Of a stretch of DNA of 64,000 nucleotides, positions 14,991 to 29,469 are shown piece after piece (the first letter of the stretch is position 1; each line of letters begins with the position of its first letter). The notes under the pieces were generated by a model. It had not been told where the DNA came from. It worked only from the letters and a program-made list of their open reading frames with translations, and made no database searches. The stretch is from contig NC_043009.1 of the NCBI RefSeq assembly GCF_006345805.1, forward strand, positions 14,508,001 through 14,572,000, in the 5' to 3' direction. The translations under genes were made by a program, and so were the position numbers. Source of the DNA: Octopus sinensis. Taxonomy: Eukaryota.

Positions 14991-17438
14991 GAAACCTCAT
15001 ACCAGGTACTATTCAACATTTATCAACCTCTTGCTCTACAACGTTTCTGATATTTAGGCGTGTATTGATTAGTACAAAAAGAGAGATTAATTAATATTAT
15101 TAAAGTTTTTGAAGCCAGCCGAAGTCAAACAACATAACGCAGTTGTTTATTTAGTTCCTATTTTTCTTTTACAACTTTAGAATAATTCATTAGTTAAAGA
15201 TTCAGCGACAACATAACATTTTGGACTTTCCTCTGCATTTTTAGTTTATTTCTCTTTTACTATGTTTCATTTTATTGAACTTGAACAAATATTTGAAATT
15301 AGCACATCGACCAAGAAACCTATTCTAATGCAGGAAGTCGGCTTGGGAAAAACACCTTACTTTGTCAATAAATTTCCTTGTCTTTGATCTAGTGAAATTA
15401 ACAACAAGAATTTCTAATTACTTTTGTTCCATACTATGTAAACATTAAAGAACGCAGATTTTGTATATACGTTTATATGTATTTGTATACAATTTGTGTG
15501 AATATCGAAGTGTATGTGTATGCGTAGGTGTTTATATGAGAAGAGCATAAGATACACACTGAAGTATTGCATCTATTATAAGCGAAGGAGAAACAAACTA
15601 ATAAATAAACAAGAAATAAATCAAATCTCGATAAAATGAAGAATAAATTGATTGATGTGCTGTGAATAAGTCATGGAAAATGTGCTGTGGTGACGGAGTT
15701 TAAGATACAAGTGGGAACAACTTAAAATAAGTTAGCCCAACCTAGAGAAATTTCGGTCAAATCTAAATGAACGTTGGCAAATGCAAGTGTGTTATAAGAA
15801 TTATAATATCACGAGTAAGACCGGATTATAACAACACGAGTAAGACCATAAATATGTAATAAATCACCAAATGGCAAGAAACAGTATTCTATTGCAACTC
15901 TTACTGCTGAATTATTAGATTATGCTTAATTCATTTACTATCGATATCACTCTGAAATATAGTACATATCTATATTAGTAATACTTAGAATTTTTTAGCG
16001 TATTTTCCCACAAATGATGACTTAAAGTGTCAAGAGTCCAAAATGAAAGGGTAACGATATATTGGTTTCTACTGGTTGCTAGTCGTATTGCTCTCTTAAC
16101 GTAAGTAATTTACTGTAACTAGTACAGACCTTAAGCCGTTCAATTCGAACAGTATCTTAGACCAGATCATGCGTTTATTCGTGTTTCAAGATAGATGTCG
16201 TTGTTTAACTCCCTCTCAAATCTAATATGATCAAATATATTTCTATCCGTGACCCTGGCGTATGTTTTGTGGATATTAGAACTACACATCTAATGTTTAA
16301 TATTAAGTCGTTGTTTCTTTTAGGGTGTAGAGTGTGACTTCAGGAAGAGGTAATTGCTTTTCTAGGAGATCAAATGACCCCCAAATATATTTTTCCTCGA
16401 CTCACTTTAATATAAAAAGTTATTTGTTGGGAGTATTTCACAATAAATTACTAAGCCTAATGAACGAATGCAGATAGAATTCAATTTATGGTTTTATAAT
16501 CTTAATATAAAATAAAAATTGAATCAAATGAATTTCTCATTTGTATAACTCGTCTTATAACAACTCTGTCATATGAACCTCCTTACAAATACACTAACTA
16601 ACAATATTCATATCAGAGCAGCGATATGCTGTTTATGGGACAAAACTGTTCGGTCACTACTAACATTACATGTATAAGAGCATACATTCACTACTAACTT
16701 TACATAGCTTCAACATCGCCATCATACACCTGGAGTAATATGCATTGGTAGAAATCTATGACGTAGGACGAATATGTACAATTATTAAAATATGAGTACA
16801 TACTCATATATGTACTCGTTAATTTATTTCTATCACTGGATTATATTATAGTATGTTCCTATCGGGATACATGAGCTGGTAAAGGTCAGGTGTACTTCAG
16901 GTTGAATGTTTTATGATAAGCATTTGTAATATACATGTGAAATTGTTATGTTGTAGTAGTACAAGTAGAGTTAACAAATATTTCCGTTTAATTGCGTATT
17001 TAATGACAAAGCTTTAATGATAACAAATATTTACAAGAGAAAATAACATAAAAAAGAAACGAAAGTCTAGATGTAAACAAATGCTAATAATTGAATGCCA
17101 CTTTAAATCACGAGCATTTAGACATATTAGTCTCACTAATTCTGTTTAACAATCAAAGGAAAGAGAGAAAGAATAGAATGTTTGCTGTTCAACGAAGTAA
17201 ATTATATGCTATTGAATGGTAGACTGGCGAGATGTTGAAAAAAAAACGTTTTATGTAATACATTCGTTGTACTATTTCGTTATTCGTTTTTTACCTTTAT
17301 GGTATTGGTTGCTTAGCAGATCAAAACTCGGATTACTCTGATATTAGAGTCCTTTTATCTTTATAATCTACTAACAAAAATGTCTATTAATCAGCTAGTT
17401 ACTCACTGAAACAAGCAACGCTAACTTAAGTGTGTGTG

Positions 17439-17473
<35 letters not shown>

Positions 17474-18077
17474 CAATTTAATAAATAAAACACATGCATA
17501 CATACATATATATATACATACCTACACCTATATGTATATATACATGCATATATGGGTATAGGACACCACAAAAAATAACCTAGAACACAGCGAGAAACGA
17601 AAACATAAAAACAAAACATGGAAACGAAATTTTTTAAACAACGGAAAAACAGAGTACAAGACATACAACACAAGGAACATTCCTCTATTTCAATATATAT
17701 ATGTGTGTGTGTGTGTGTGTGTCTGTATATATAGAGGCATGTATGTATGCATGAATGTATGTATCTATCTGTTTTCCTGTCAATGAATCTATCTAGACTA
17801 ATAGCTATCAATCTATCTCTGAAAAATTATTTAAGCTAACATTCTCTCTCTCTGCCTCACTTTTCCCTCTCTCTCACCCTCTCCACCTCTTCACTTAAAC
17901 TTTGTTTAGCGTGACTTTCTATTGAACTGAATATTTTATATTTGATTCTGCTTTGAGTATTGAGTCTCATCCTCTATCAAAGTTCGAATTTTGTAGATAA
18001 TCGTAGCTTAAAATATTTTTTTCTCCAACAAACACGCACACACACAAGTATCTGTAACAAGTAAAAGATATGAATGC

Positions 18078-18118
<41 letters not shown>

Positions 18119-18326
18119 GTGAAATAGAAAGATGAATAATCTTGTAGTAGATTAATCAAAAGTTTAACCGATACCTTAGTAGCAAAAATCACAGCAGTAA
18201 ACAGCACGGTTGGAAGTACAACCATATGGTGTTGCAACAGTGCGTTGGTGCGGATAATTGAAATTAAAATATTATTGGTGAATTGAAGAAATGGAGCTGA
18301 ACGCAGATTGAACAGAAATCGTTTTA

Positions 18327-18415
18327 TTTCATTCTACACGTGTTTCGAAAGGCACAATTTACCAAAATCCGATTGAATAATGGGACCATATTGTGTCTTT
18401 CTCTTCAGGAAGAAA
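18327..18415 (-). ncRNA. Type I hammerhead ribozyme, family A
   Basis: Same core and stems as 4535-4623 on the minus strand. Confidence 0.8.
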
Positions 18416-19250
18416 ATAGGAAATCCGTTGGAAAAAACAAAAACAGAACAGAGGCGGAGCAAAAACAAATCGAACTAGGCTCCTAAGAGCCCATGGCGAA
18501 ACTGTTTATCAGTGTATGTTGAGAACCGGTGGCTGAAGAATTTAACGGGTCAAGCATCGGTCAATCATGTGGGTGAGGGTGTGTAGATGTTCTTTGTGAC
18601 CGAGAATAAAGTTCTGACTATTTAAGGAATATTGGATGTTTTATAAGGGGCGAGAAAAAATCTACTTAGAGACGTGTGTGTGTGTATACTGTTCTATATA
18701 TGTGTGTGTTGGCGTAGGGGTAGAAAACATTTTTTGTGTACGTGTGTGCGTTTGATCGTTCGGCTGTCAGTGGCTACGGCAGTGAGAACCGTTGGGTGGC
18801 AGAAAAAAGGTAGGCTTAGATGAACACACAAACACATAAAACATAATATATATATATTTTTTTCTGCCACCCAACGGTTCTCACTGCCGTAGCCACTGAC
18901 AGCCGAACGATCAAACGCACACACGTACACAAAAAATGTTTTCTACCCCTACGCCAACACACACATATATAGAACAGTATACACACACACACGTCTCTAA
19001 GTAGATTTTTTCTCGCCCCTTATAAAACATCCAATATTCCTTAAATAGTCAGAACTTTATTCTCGGTCACAAAGAACATCTACACACCCTCACCCACATG
19101 ATTGACCGATGCTTGACCCGTTAAATTCTTCAGCCACCGGTTCTCAACATACACTGATAAACAGTTTCGCCATGGGCTCTTAGGAGCCTAGTTCGATTTG
19201 TTTTTGCTCCGCCTCTGTTCTGTTTTTGTTTTTTCCAACGGATTTCCTAT

Positions 19251-19339
19251 TTTCTTCCTGAAGAAAAAGACACAATATGGTCCCATTATTCAATCGGATT
19301 TTGGTAAATTTTGCCTTTCGAAACACGTGTAGAATGAAA
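19251..19339 (+). ncRNA. Type I hammerhead ribozyme, family A, with a G-to-A change at the base of stem II
   Basis: TTTCTTC-CTGAAGA-AAAAG...CTTTC-GAAA-CACGTG-TA-GAATGAAA. Confidence 0.7.
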
Positions 19340-19389
19340 TAAAACGATTTCTGTTCAATCTGCGTTCAGCTCCATTTCTTCAATTCACC

Positions 19390-19499
<110 letters not shown>

Positions 19500-19636
19500 G
19501 TATATGTATATGTATATATATACATATATATATTTATATATATATATATATGTATGATATGTATATATTGTATATTATATAAACACACACACATTCAAAA
19601 ACGTTATGTGTATATGTATGTATATATATATACATA

Positions 19637-19684
<48 letters not shown>

Positions 19685-20063
19685 ACACACATAAATACGC
19701 TAAGGTATATAGGCATAGTAATAAACACACATAGTTTTTGGTTCGTCCTATTATAGGACAATATTTCAATGAATAGTAAATCTTTTATCTGGGAAATAAA
19801 ACTATTTTCGCCAGTTGGCATTTGGAAAATCCTCAATAAATATTGATATTTTTTGATGGCACGAATTCACCAATTCCGATGCTTTGTTCAAATTTGCAAA
19901 GGCAGGAACATCATATTTCACCGAGTGAGAAATAGTTGGATGCGTGTTCTATAATAGACTAATCGATTTTAGAATTGCTAATACCGCCATCCTTGAAGGT
20001 GACGATTTGGCAAAATTCTTAAAGCAGCTGACACAATGATTAGCAGCAATTCTTCTCACTGTA

Positions 20064-20190
20064 ATTTCTGAGTTCAAATACCACCGAAGTCTAGTTTGTC
20101 TTTCAACCTTCGATGTAAATAAGTACCTATTGAGTACTGGTGGTCGATGTAATCTATTCCAAAATTGCTGGCCTCGCGCCAAAATTTGAT
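20064..20190 (+). mobile_element. Degraded tRNA-derived SINE fragment (B-box plus conserved central domain)
   Basis: CTGAGTTCAAAT..CCG.AG.T..CTTT...AAGTACC..TTGAGTACTGG.GGTCGATGTAATC; same family as 25287-25470. Confidence 0.55.
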
Positions 20191-20849
20191 GCCAATATAA
20201 TTATCCGTTAAACTCCAAATATATTCAGATAGTGAGGTGATGAGTTCGTATTCAGTTTACCCGAATGATAGAAAGAATATCTTCATAAGACATTGAGTGT
20301 ATCATGCATATAGTTTTATTTTACTGATATCGCAAGAGATATTTTCTCCCAATAAAAAAGTATTTTGAATAGCAAACTGCGTTTGATAGCATTAAACATA
20401 TTATTATCATCGAATTTTCATAAAGGAGGAATGTTTCCGGGCTATGAACGAAGGCAACATTTTGGAAAAGGGGTTTCGCAAAAATATTAGCTCACCATAA
20501 CACTTTATATTAATTAGAAACGACAAAAGCAGTATTAATAACAAAAGGTAGTCTTTATTTAGCATGGATATCTTGTTAGAAACTCGAATGCTGCGTTATA
20601 AGTCGCGAGAGATCCTTTCATATAGGCTAGCTTTCATACTCCCTCTGAAATGAATACCTGTCAATATACTGAACGATATATATCCAATATATATCATATA
20701 AGTATCTGTCTTTTCTCTCACCAGAATATAGATTTATTCCTCCTCTCAGTATTTGCCCAACTTTGGATCTACTAACATTCATTTTCATTTCCCTTTAATA
20801 TGGATTACTGCATAATAATTATTTTCCTTTTCTCACCATGCTGTACCAC

Positions 20850-21180
20850 CTACCCATTTTTCCGATCATGGATTTATCTAGAGAGTAACAGATCTAACTG
20901 AATTTAATTGAACATTCTTGGACATAAAAATATCATTGACGAAGAACATTCTTCCACTATCTCACCTATATTTGTCTGATAAAGGAATTCCTAACTTACG
21001 GTGTCTTCGCTGGATACGATGCACCAATTCCTGAGATATCCCTGAAAAACAGCTGTACTATTTTTACCAAACTAATAAAAGCGTGATGACTTTCAGTATT
21101 GTTTGCTGCCCATCTGTAAGAAATTATTGACCGGGTAATCTCAATACATGTCAAGAGTTAGAAAAATGAACTGAGAAAAA
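20850..21180 (-). mobile_element. Possible very decayed CR1-type LINE 3' ORF remnant
   Basis: Weak: minus-strand ELVHRIQRRHRKL resembles the LERVQRRATK motif. Confidence 0.25.
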
Positions 21181-21828
21181 AATCACTCCTCAAGAATATT
21201 TTGATCTAATGAAAATCCTAGAATTAGTTGCTCGTTTTTTTTAGCCCATTTATTCATTTTTTAAAGATTAGTTGTAGAAAGGATCTACATTTTGTCTGCA
21301 GTACTTGATAACACATACGATAACGATCGGTTGCAGATGATCAATATAGTAATGTTCAGACTAGCTTCAAATAAAACGAATAATTAATTCAGAAGGCGCA
21401 AGGAGTTCATTATTATTCAGTTGATGTTTAACATTATTCAATAAACTGGATTATTATACTGTTGAAAATAAAAAATAAAAATTGCTATTCTGAGATTACT
21501 AGCTATTTGTTTTCGAGACTCTGAAATTTCAGAAATTTCAATAGAATTTAGTTCTCTGAGCAGGACATAGACCAGGCATATAACAATTCACATAAAACAA
21601 AAAAAATTGAATATTAGTTATAACCATGCACATGGCATTAATTTACTTCATACATAGTACTCGGTATAGACACATACATATAAACTAGGAGGACCACAAA
21701 CACATATACATCAAACACGCACACATACACACAAACACACACGCACACACACATATATATATGAGGGAGAGAGAGTAACAATGAAGCAAAGAGAAAAACT
21801 AAAATTAGGTTTGATATGCAATATATAT

Positions 21829-21858
21829 ACTAGCAGAGATACCCGGCGTTGGCCGTGT
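21829..21858 (+). mobile_element. Possible Helitron/Helentron-type terminus
   Basis: TACTAGCAGAGATACCCGGCGTTGGCCGTG resembles ACTAG...CCCGGCGTTGCCCGG ends of non-autonomous helitrons; no other end identified. Confidence 0.3.
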
Positions 21859-22716
21859 TACATGCAATTGAAGGATTAGACTTTTCTGTTATATTTTCTG
21901 TAAGGAACTGGAATATCTATGTTTCGAATTTCATCAACATTGCAGATGAGGGTTATTTCCCTCTTTACACAACCTAGAAAAAATTGTAATCGTACCACAT
22001 GTATTCCATACTGCTGATTTTTATGCGCATATTCCAAAATTCTATTCTCATTGAACCTGTTAAAAAGATTTTGCTCCTGAAAAATGAAGGTCATGGAGCT
22101 CTAAAATATGAGAGTTAAGGCCCCTGTTGGTGTTGGGCATCTTAATGTCAACCAGAGTATCTTTTTAACTTGGGTCTTATATCTATTGTTTGAATTTCTT
22201 TGAAATAGGAAATACATGCTCACTGGGGTTGTAAAAGAGAGCAAAGCTACAGGAAATGAAAAGACGAATGATCACAATAAGCAGTCAGCTATCCTACCCT
22301 AGTCGTTACCACTCCCAATGTAGGATTCCTCACGATCCAGGTGACGGGCACAGCCGTAAGATGCATTACACATCTATAGCAACTGGAAGGGCGTGACCCA
22401 ACTGAAATAAACATTAACAACTGTGTGACGTGGGGGCTAAGGAGAAATGAAAGTGTCACCTCTGGCGTTTGCAAATGACCACTATGTTGATACGTAACTG
22501 GACAAAGCCTAGCGCTTTTTTATGTTGATAAGCCTGGTACTTATTCCATTAGTTTGTTGTTGTGAAACCAGTAAGTTATGGGGATATAAATAAATAAACA
22601 GCAGTTTTGAAGCAGTGATGAGGGCAAAACACAGAGACAAATACACACACATACACTAACATATATACATACATATATGTACAGGATTGATTTGTTTCAG
22701 TTCATGTCTACGAAAT

Positions 22717-22758
<42 letters not shown>

Positions 22759-22762
<4 letters not shown>

Positions 22763-22995
22763 GAGTAAACACATAAATGTGAAACAAGGTGGAAAAAAGA
22801 GTACTCAAATACCAGTGGTAGAGTAATATGCTTTATTTAAAGCGCCAGAAAATTCAACAAAACATGTTACTCTGAGTTTCACGTTGCCGTTCGTCGGACA
22901 GTTCTTGCTAGAATTCTAGCAAAAACTGTCCGACGAACGGCAACGTGAAACTCAGAGTAACATGTTTTGTTGAATTTTCTGCTGCTTTAAAAAAA
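22759..22995. mobile_element. Spacer-less palindromic HHR element centred on GAATTC (22911-22916)
   Basis: Arms about 22836-22913 and 22914-22991; the left arm extends to (TA)n at 22759; TA run on the right. Confidence 0.85.
22927..22962 (+). ncRNA. Minimal hammerhead motif with a U4-to-C core change (mirror copy at 22865-22900, minus strand)
   Basis: UGU-CCGACGA-ACG(GCAA)CGU-GAAA-CUCAGAG-UA^ACA. Confidence 0.65.
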
Positions 22996-23228
22996 GTATA
23001 TATATATATATATATATAGATAGATATAAATATACGTACGTATGTATACACGCACGCAAAGATACCACTGAGTGGGCAAACAAAAATATGAGACACTGCC
23101 TACGTCTTTTTGTTATTTTGATAAGCTTGGTACTTATTCTATCACTTTCTTCTTGTGAAACCACTAAGTTATGGGAATGTAAATAAACGAAAACCAGTTG
23201 TGTAGCAGATGAGGGAGAAACACAATAC

Positions 23229-23277
<49 letters not shown>

Positions 23278-23289
23278 TGATTTCTTTAT

Positions 23290-23433
23290 GTTTCTGTCTA
23301 CAATTCCACTGACAAGGCTTTGGTTGGTCTAAGGCTAGTAGAAGACACATGCCAAGTTACCACACAGTGGGACTGAACTGAGGACCATGTGTTTTGGAAC
23401 CAAGTTTGTTACCACACAGCCCCACCTGCACCT
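23290..23433 (-). mobile_element. tRNA-derived SINE head
   Basis: Minus strand has an A-box-like GGCTGTGTGGTAA and a B-box-like GTTCAGTCCC, followed by CACTGTGTGGTAACTTGGCATGTGTCTTCTACT. Confidence 0.6.
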
Positions 23434-24590
23434 ATGTATGTGTGTGTGTGTTTTGGGTGTGTATTTGTGTATGGGTGTATATATGTAAGCATGTATATAT
23501 GTGTACATATTACATGTACATCTATATATATATATATACGCCTACACATACAAGTATACATATACATCTATTAATATACAAGTATGCATATACAGCTATA
23601 CATATACAAATATACATATACAGCTATACATATACATGTATACATATACATCTATATATACACATGTATATATATATACATCCATAAATATACATGTATA
23701 TATATATATACATCCATATATATATACATCTATATCTATACATCTACCAAGTGTTTTCTATATTGAGAATCACTGGATTTCATCTATTGACTCTCTCTCT
23801 CTCTTTCACTCTCTTTCTCTCTCTATATATATATACATATATATATACATATATATACATATGAAGGCTGTTTGCAATTGGATAAACCTAATTATATGCA
23901 GGCATATACGAAATAAATCAACCCAATTATACATAGGATAAAATGTCTTCTTTGAATTATGTAATTTCTTAAGCAATAAAATGAAAAAACTATAGTCGTT
24001 GAATATTAATTACTTTCAACGAGGAAATATTTAATTTATTTTCGTGATGTAAACGTGCTGCAGCTATAAGGATCTGAAATGTGATGATATAAATACTCCA
24101 GAGAATTTATAGCGCATTTGGACGAAAGCAAATTTCGCATCGAATCAAAAGCCGATCATGGACTCGAATGTTCAAGGTGTTAAATGTTACATCGCAGAGC
24201 TAATTACGTATTTATTGTAAACACAAAACGCATATCATACATAAATTTATAGAATAGGAGATTAAGACCCGGCAAATGAGTGCTCAAGATATACATTACT
24301 GAATTCATTTCCTTTTGCGTTCTCTAAAATATTATGATTCGACTCACAGAACATCTGTAGCGATATCATTGAAACCACCAGGGAATATACATACGCCTAC
24401 TTAAATATAACCACAGTCACTTATATGCGTGCACACACATGTGTGTTTAGAGAAAGAGAGATAGAGAGAGAGAGATAGAGGGAGAGATAGAGGAAGAGTA
24501 TGAAAGAGAGAGGGAGATACACACACAGGTACAAATATGAATATATGTGTATATATATATATACAAATATGTATGTATGTATACACACAT

Positions 24591-24621
<31 letters not shown>

Positions 24622-24935
24622 CATATACACACACATATATATATATACATATGCATACACACATATGCACACACAAACACACACATATATATATATACAC
24701 ACACAAGCATACACACATACGCCCATAAATGAAGTGAACATTCCACTCACATACAATGGTCTAAACATTTTGATATAAGTGAATTAGAAAATCATTTCAC
24801 TGACGTGAAATTATCTTTTTATCGCTCGCACTCGTGGGATATATCAGAAACAAATTACATTCTCTTTATAATAATCGATTTATTTAATATAAACACATAC
24901 AGTTCAGCATATGTGCTTATGTGTCTGTGGACTGC

Positions 24936-25032
<97 letters not shown>

Positions 25033-25286
25033 ATGTGTGTCTGTGTGTGTGTATGTTTGTATGCGGTTGTAGGTAAGTAAAACACAACGTTGCATTCAAA
25101 ACTCTTCCTTTGTCGTTCGATAGCAAGTATATAACACAAACATATTTATGTCTTTATGTATGTATATGTGTGTATGCTTATAAGTATAAATCAATATATA
25201 TATATATATATATCTTATTTTTAAGAATATAGTGGAGTGAAACTAGAAATCACGTAATTAATATTAATACGCCTAGGTATGTAAGT

Positions 25287-25470
25287 CGGTGAATTGGCAG
25301 AATCGTTAGCATGGCAGGCAAAAATCCTAGCGATTGTTCTGAGATCAAATTCTGCCGAGGTTAGCTTTACATGTTATTCTTTCGGGTCGATAATATACGT
25401 ATCAGTTAAAAACTGGCGTCGATATTGTTGATCTAACCTCACTTTAATTTACTGGCCTTGTGCTAAAATC
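25287..25470 (+). mobile_element. tRNA-derived SINE, degraded
   Basis: A-box-like TGGCAGAATCGTTAGC, B-box-like GAGATCAAATTC, central GCCGAGGT..CTTT...TTTCGGGTCGATAA. Confidence 0.6.
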
Positions 25471-25495
25471 TTTAACCACTACTTCTAAGTATATA

Positions 25496-25868
25496 CAGGG
25501 TGATTCAATTGTCACCATACATAGGAATAATTAACTTTTTTATAAGAAATAGTTTATAAGAACAGTTTTCTTTTATTTAACAGGCTCTATGTGGTTATCA
25601 TTGTTTTGAACACACATTGCAATACGTTTAACCCACGCATTGTGAACTCGTAATAGCACATCTGGTGATACGTGTGCAAAGGAGTCGGTGATGCGTTCCT
25701 TCAAATGATTTATGTCTTTTATCTTTCCACGATACACCATGACTTTGAAATGCCTCCAAAGACAGAAATCAAGAGGAGTCAGATCAGGGGATCTAGGAGA
25801 CCTTATAAATTGTTTCATATAAAAAAACTAAATTTTTTCCTGTGTATGGAGACTTTTGAATCGCCGTT
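25496..25868 (-). mobile_element. Tc1/mariner internal-deletion derivative (~375 bp)
   Basis: Transposase C-terminus RSPDLTPLDFCLWRHFK..VY. Imperfect ~30-bp TIRs: CAGGGTGATTCAATTGTCACCATACATAGG versus the reverse complement of 25839-25868. TA flanks. Confidence 0.85.
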
Positions 25869-28800
25869 TATTTTTCGTTCGGTGGTCAGGAATTCACAAT
25901 CTATGACAACAAATATTTTATAATTTACTATTTATGGGCTGTTTATCAATTTATCTATCTGCCTATTTATCTGTGTGTGTGTGTGTGTGTTGTGTGTGTG
26001 TGAAAAATCGCACTTCATTACTACTGTTGCTGAGTACAGGTTCTTATGTGTGTTGGGCCGTTGGCGACAGAACTGCTAACATCACGAAGGCTGCTTGGTA
26101 AGTTTACTTTTGGCTGCACTTTGGGACGAAAGACGCGAGGACTACATATAGACGCAGAGTTAGCTGAGCAAGATATGCTAGACTCAATGCCGTGGTAAGG
26201 ATAACTAACATAGGAGGTAGAGAGTCTCATAGAGAAGACCTAGAAACGCCGTTTATTGAGTTTGGGACAAACATCAGCCCCAACCTTCCGCTATCAACAT
26301 TTTCAAAGCGTGCAGCTGATTCTACATCATCCTTCACTGCTGATTTAAAAGAACCACCTAGATCTAAGGCTGTTGGAAATTCAAACATAGTAATCGACGC
26401 AAAAATCCACTATATAAGCGCAAGTCTTCTGTGTAATTGCCTTTTGCTCAGAGATTAAAAATCGACTTCTGTCAAAACTGCCGAGAATATATCTACTACC
26501 ATGTAGTCTTTCCATCACCTTCGCTCCGTTGCCACAGTAACTGATTTCCCACTTACCCATCTTGTCGGGTAAAGCACAAAAGGGATAAAAAAAGGGTAGT
26601 AAGTCAGGACAGTTGTAAAATCTTCTTGATTAAAAGCATACTACTGCAACCAAATACGAAAACTAAACTAAAGCAATGGGACTGATATATGAACGAATAA
26701 CTGTCATAGTAGTAGGTGGCAATACCAGAGAATTTAATGTTTCTTTAACCATAAAGATGAATGCTGCTTCTGCCAAAATATTTCCAGACTGTTCGATGTA
26801 ATCATGATCGCATATAACCCAAATCAGCAGCACCCATTCATTGACAATCGATCCTGAACTCTGCGCTGGTCCCCGACATAAAGTGATCCCCTGAATTACG
26901 GAGCTGATTTCAAAGAAGCTTACAGCAGCGTCATAGATTTACTGGGTGCCTTCATGCATGATGAGTAGGATTGGTACGTTATCAGACGCCTCAAAATAGT
27001 AGCTCATCCAATAGGTCTCCAAGGCGTGATTTTGTCAATTTTATCTAAGACATCACACCGTACTATCACACACAGAACTTACCACAATTAAACTAGTTTC
27101 ATGTTGGGTTGTGGAAACACTGTCAACTGCAAGATATTGCTGGATCACTTGGAGGTGCCACCACTACAGTACATAAACTTGCATCATATGAAATATTTTG
27201 TCGCCATTTTCCTTTTTCTAGGATGAGGCTAAATATATTCTTTTGATGGCCCATGGATACAGAAATTCCTGGAGTACATGAAATATATCAAGACGGTCAG
27301 TAAGAATGACAAGGTAGCTTAGAATAATTTTGTCACTATTATTCGTGTTCCACTGAAGATTAACAAGCAAATATAAAAAGTAAGTTGTAAATCTCTTGAA
27401 CAAGTACAATGATGTAGGCTGCATGAGAACCAAATAAATCTATATTCTGGAAACTTAACATGATACATTGAAGAAGATCAAAAGTATGTGTATTAAGGCG
27501 AATGACATGAACAGTTCTATCAGGATATAGATTCTTCGGACGCCACAAACAAGTAACGCATGATGAAAAGATGATGTGCGATGATATATGGGGGCCGACC
27601 GTGAATGTGATTCAAATTACAATCTTAGATTTCTAGAAAGATTTATTTATAATTCTAAACATTTGACCATACTCTTGTATAACGTACATAAACATATGAA
27701 TACGCGCTATTTTGGATTCGTAAGTTCCTTTTTGTGTATTTTCTGATTCTACTTCGAAGAATATATGCAAATTTAACCACTGTCACGTCAGAAATAGGTA
27801 TATTTTAAAGTATCATTTTCTACAAAAGCAAGATTTAGAGGAAATAATAGAAATTTTCTATACTTTTCACCTAGTAGGTAACACTCACAGTCCAGAAACA
27901 ATACGTGGAATTGTCTTATGGCAGTAGAGAATAGATACTCCCAGAATCATCAAGTATTTTATCCAATTTTACTGAGTAATTCCACCAAACAAAAGTACCA
28001 GATTCTGAATTAGTAGGCGATCAGTAACTCGAGGGAAATGAATTAGGCTTAAATACGCTGTAACTAAATATCAACGGTTAATAGTCTTATAAATGCACAC
28101 GTACATTTAAAAAATGAGTTAAGGAAATTAAGGGATAGCTATAAAGGCAAGATGGTTAAATAGTATATGGCCACGAAGCTGATTAACACAGAATTATCAG
28201 TCCATCGTGTATAGTAGAAATTAATTACAAGCTTTCTTTCAACCAGTGTATTTCTCAAACGTTTCAATGGAGTATAACGTAACACTACATTTTCAAATTC
28301 TGATATTGAATAGCACAAGAGGTTGTTTTTATTTTGGTATATCTTAAGTAAATGCGTCACAGATCATCGTAACACTAAAGGGTTTGTCATCGAATGATAC
28401 TGCATGTCGTAAACAGACATTATGAATAAATAATCAAGTAAGAAAATACATCAGAAATTCTGATAAACACAAAAGATTTACTCCATAAATATTGTGAAAA
28501 TAGATACAACTCGCCATTTATTCACAGATAATATCTTTAGGTTAAATGCTTTTGGTACTTATGCTCGACAGTTAAGTGAAGTGAGGCATATATAATAGCG
28601 TGTTCAATACAGAAAGGTGATGCCACTCAAATAGAGGATTGGGTTTCACATACAATGTATTGGTAATCCGAGTAGGATGGATATTAATTTCAATATTATG
28701 ATAGATTTAGGCAATCAGCATTTGAAAAAGAGAAGGAAAACAAAAACTTTTACGGACATTATTTGAATTTGGTAACGCAAATTTATGAAGCAAGTACCAA

Positions 28801-29153
28801 CCACTCAACGTTCAAATTACTAATAGTGATGATATTTATAAAATGCATTTATAAATGCATTTAGAGATATGCGGATTTAATTACAGGTCTCATGAAAACG
28901 CCACGGAACATCAGTGTTAGGGATATTACATAAACATTATATTTTTACTTAGTTTGCAAATTAGCCAACATATTTGTCTATTTGTAGACTACGCTTTCTC
29001 TATAAATTATGAAAGCAAATATTTAATTAGTAAAATCATGCATTTGTGTATGTTTTTCTATAAGTTTATATACCTCATCATATAAGGTATAGTTCCTGGG
29101 TGGTTTGGTTTTAATTTCAAGTGTATCGTAGAAACGTGTATATATATATATAT

Positions 29154-29292
29154 AGACAAAATTTAGGGGACTGACCACTAAAATATTGCTGATATTTTTC
29201 TTCAGAATACATTCTTCGTGGTAATGGCGATTTGACGTCTATATTTAGCATATAGGCTGTCCACTTTAGTGGTCAGTCATCTGAATTTTGTA
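29154..29292. mobile_element. 139-bp element with 26-bp terminal inverted repeats, homologous to the terminal ~85 bp of the 507-bp HHR unit
   Basis: CAAAATTTAGGGGACTGACCACTAAA ... TTTAGTGGTCAGTCATCTGAATTTTG. The internal GCGATTTGACGTCTATAT.TAGCAT and CTGTCCACTTT match 32420-32470. (TA)n on the left. Confidence 0.75.
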
Positions 29293-29382
29293 TGTAACAC
29301 AATTTTTAATCTTCAGATTTTTCTAAATATGCTAAACCACTGGTTTTAATTGATTAATATCAATTTCTTCCCTTATTTAATT

Positions 29383-29384
<2 letters not shown>

Positions 29385-29469
<85 letters not shown>

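Larger units (their letters stand above)
22520..23225 (+). mobile_element. Two decayed SINE body fragments (about 22520-22660 and 23110-23225), same family as 5020-5190
   Basis: Both contain TTGATAAGC.TGGTACTTATTC...GTGAAACCA.TAAGTTATGGG. Confidence 0.45.

Noticed and set aside
17560-17700. Possible terminal fragment of another (TA)n-associated PLE-type repeat
   Set aside because: No HHR, ORF or second copy in the window to support it.
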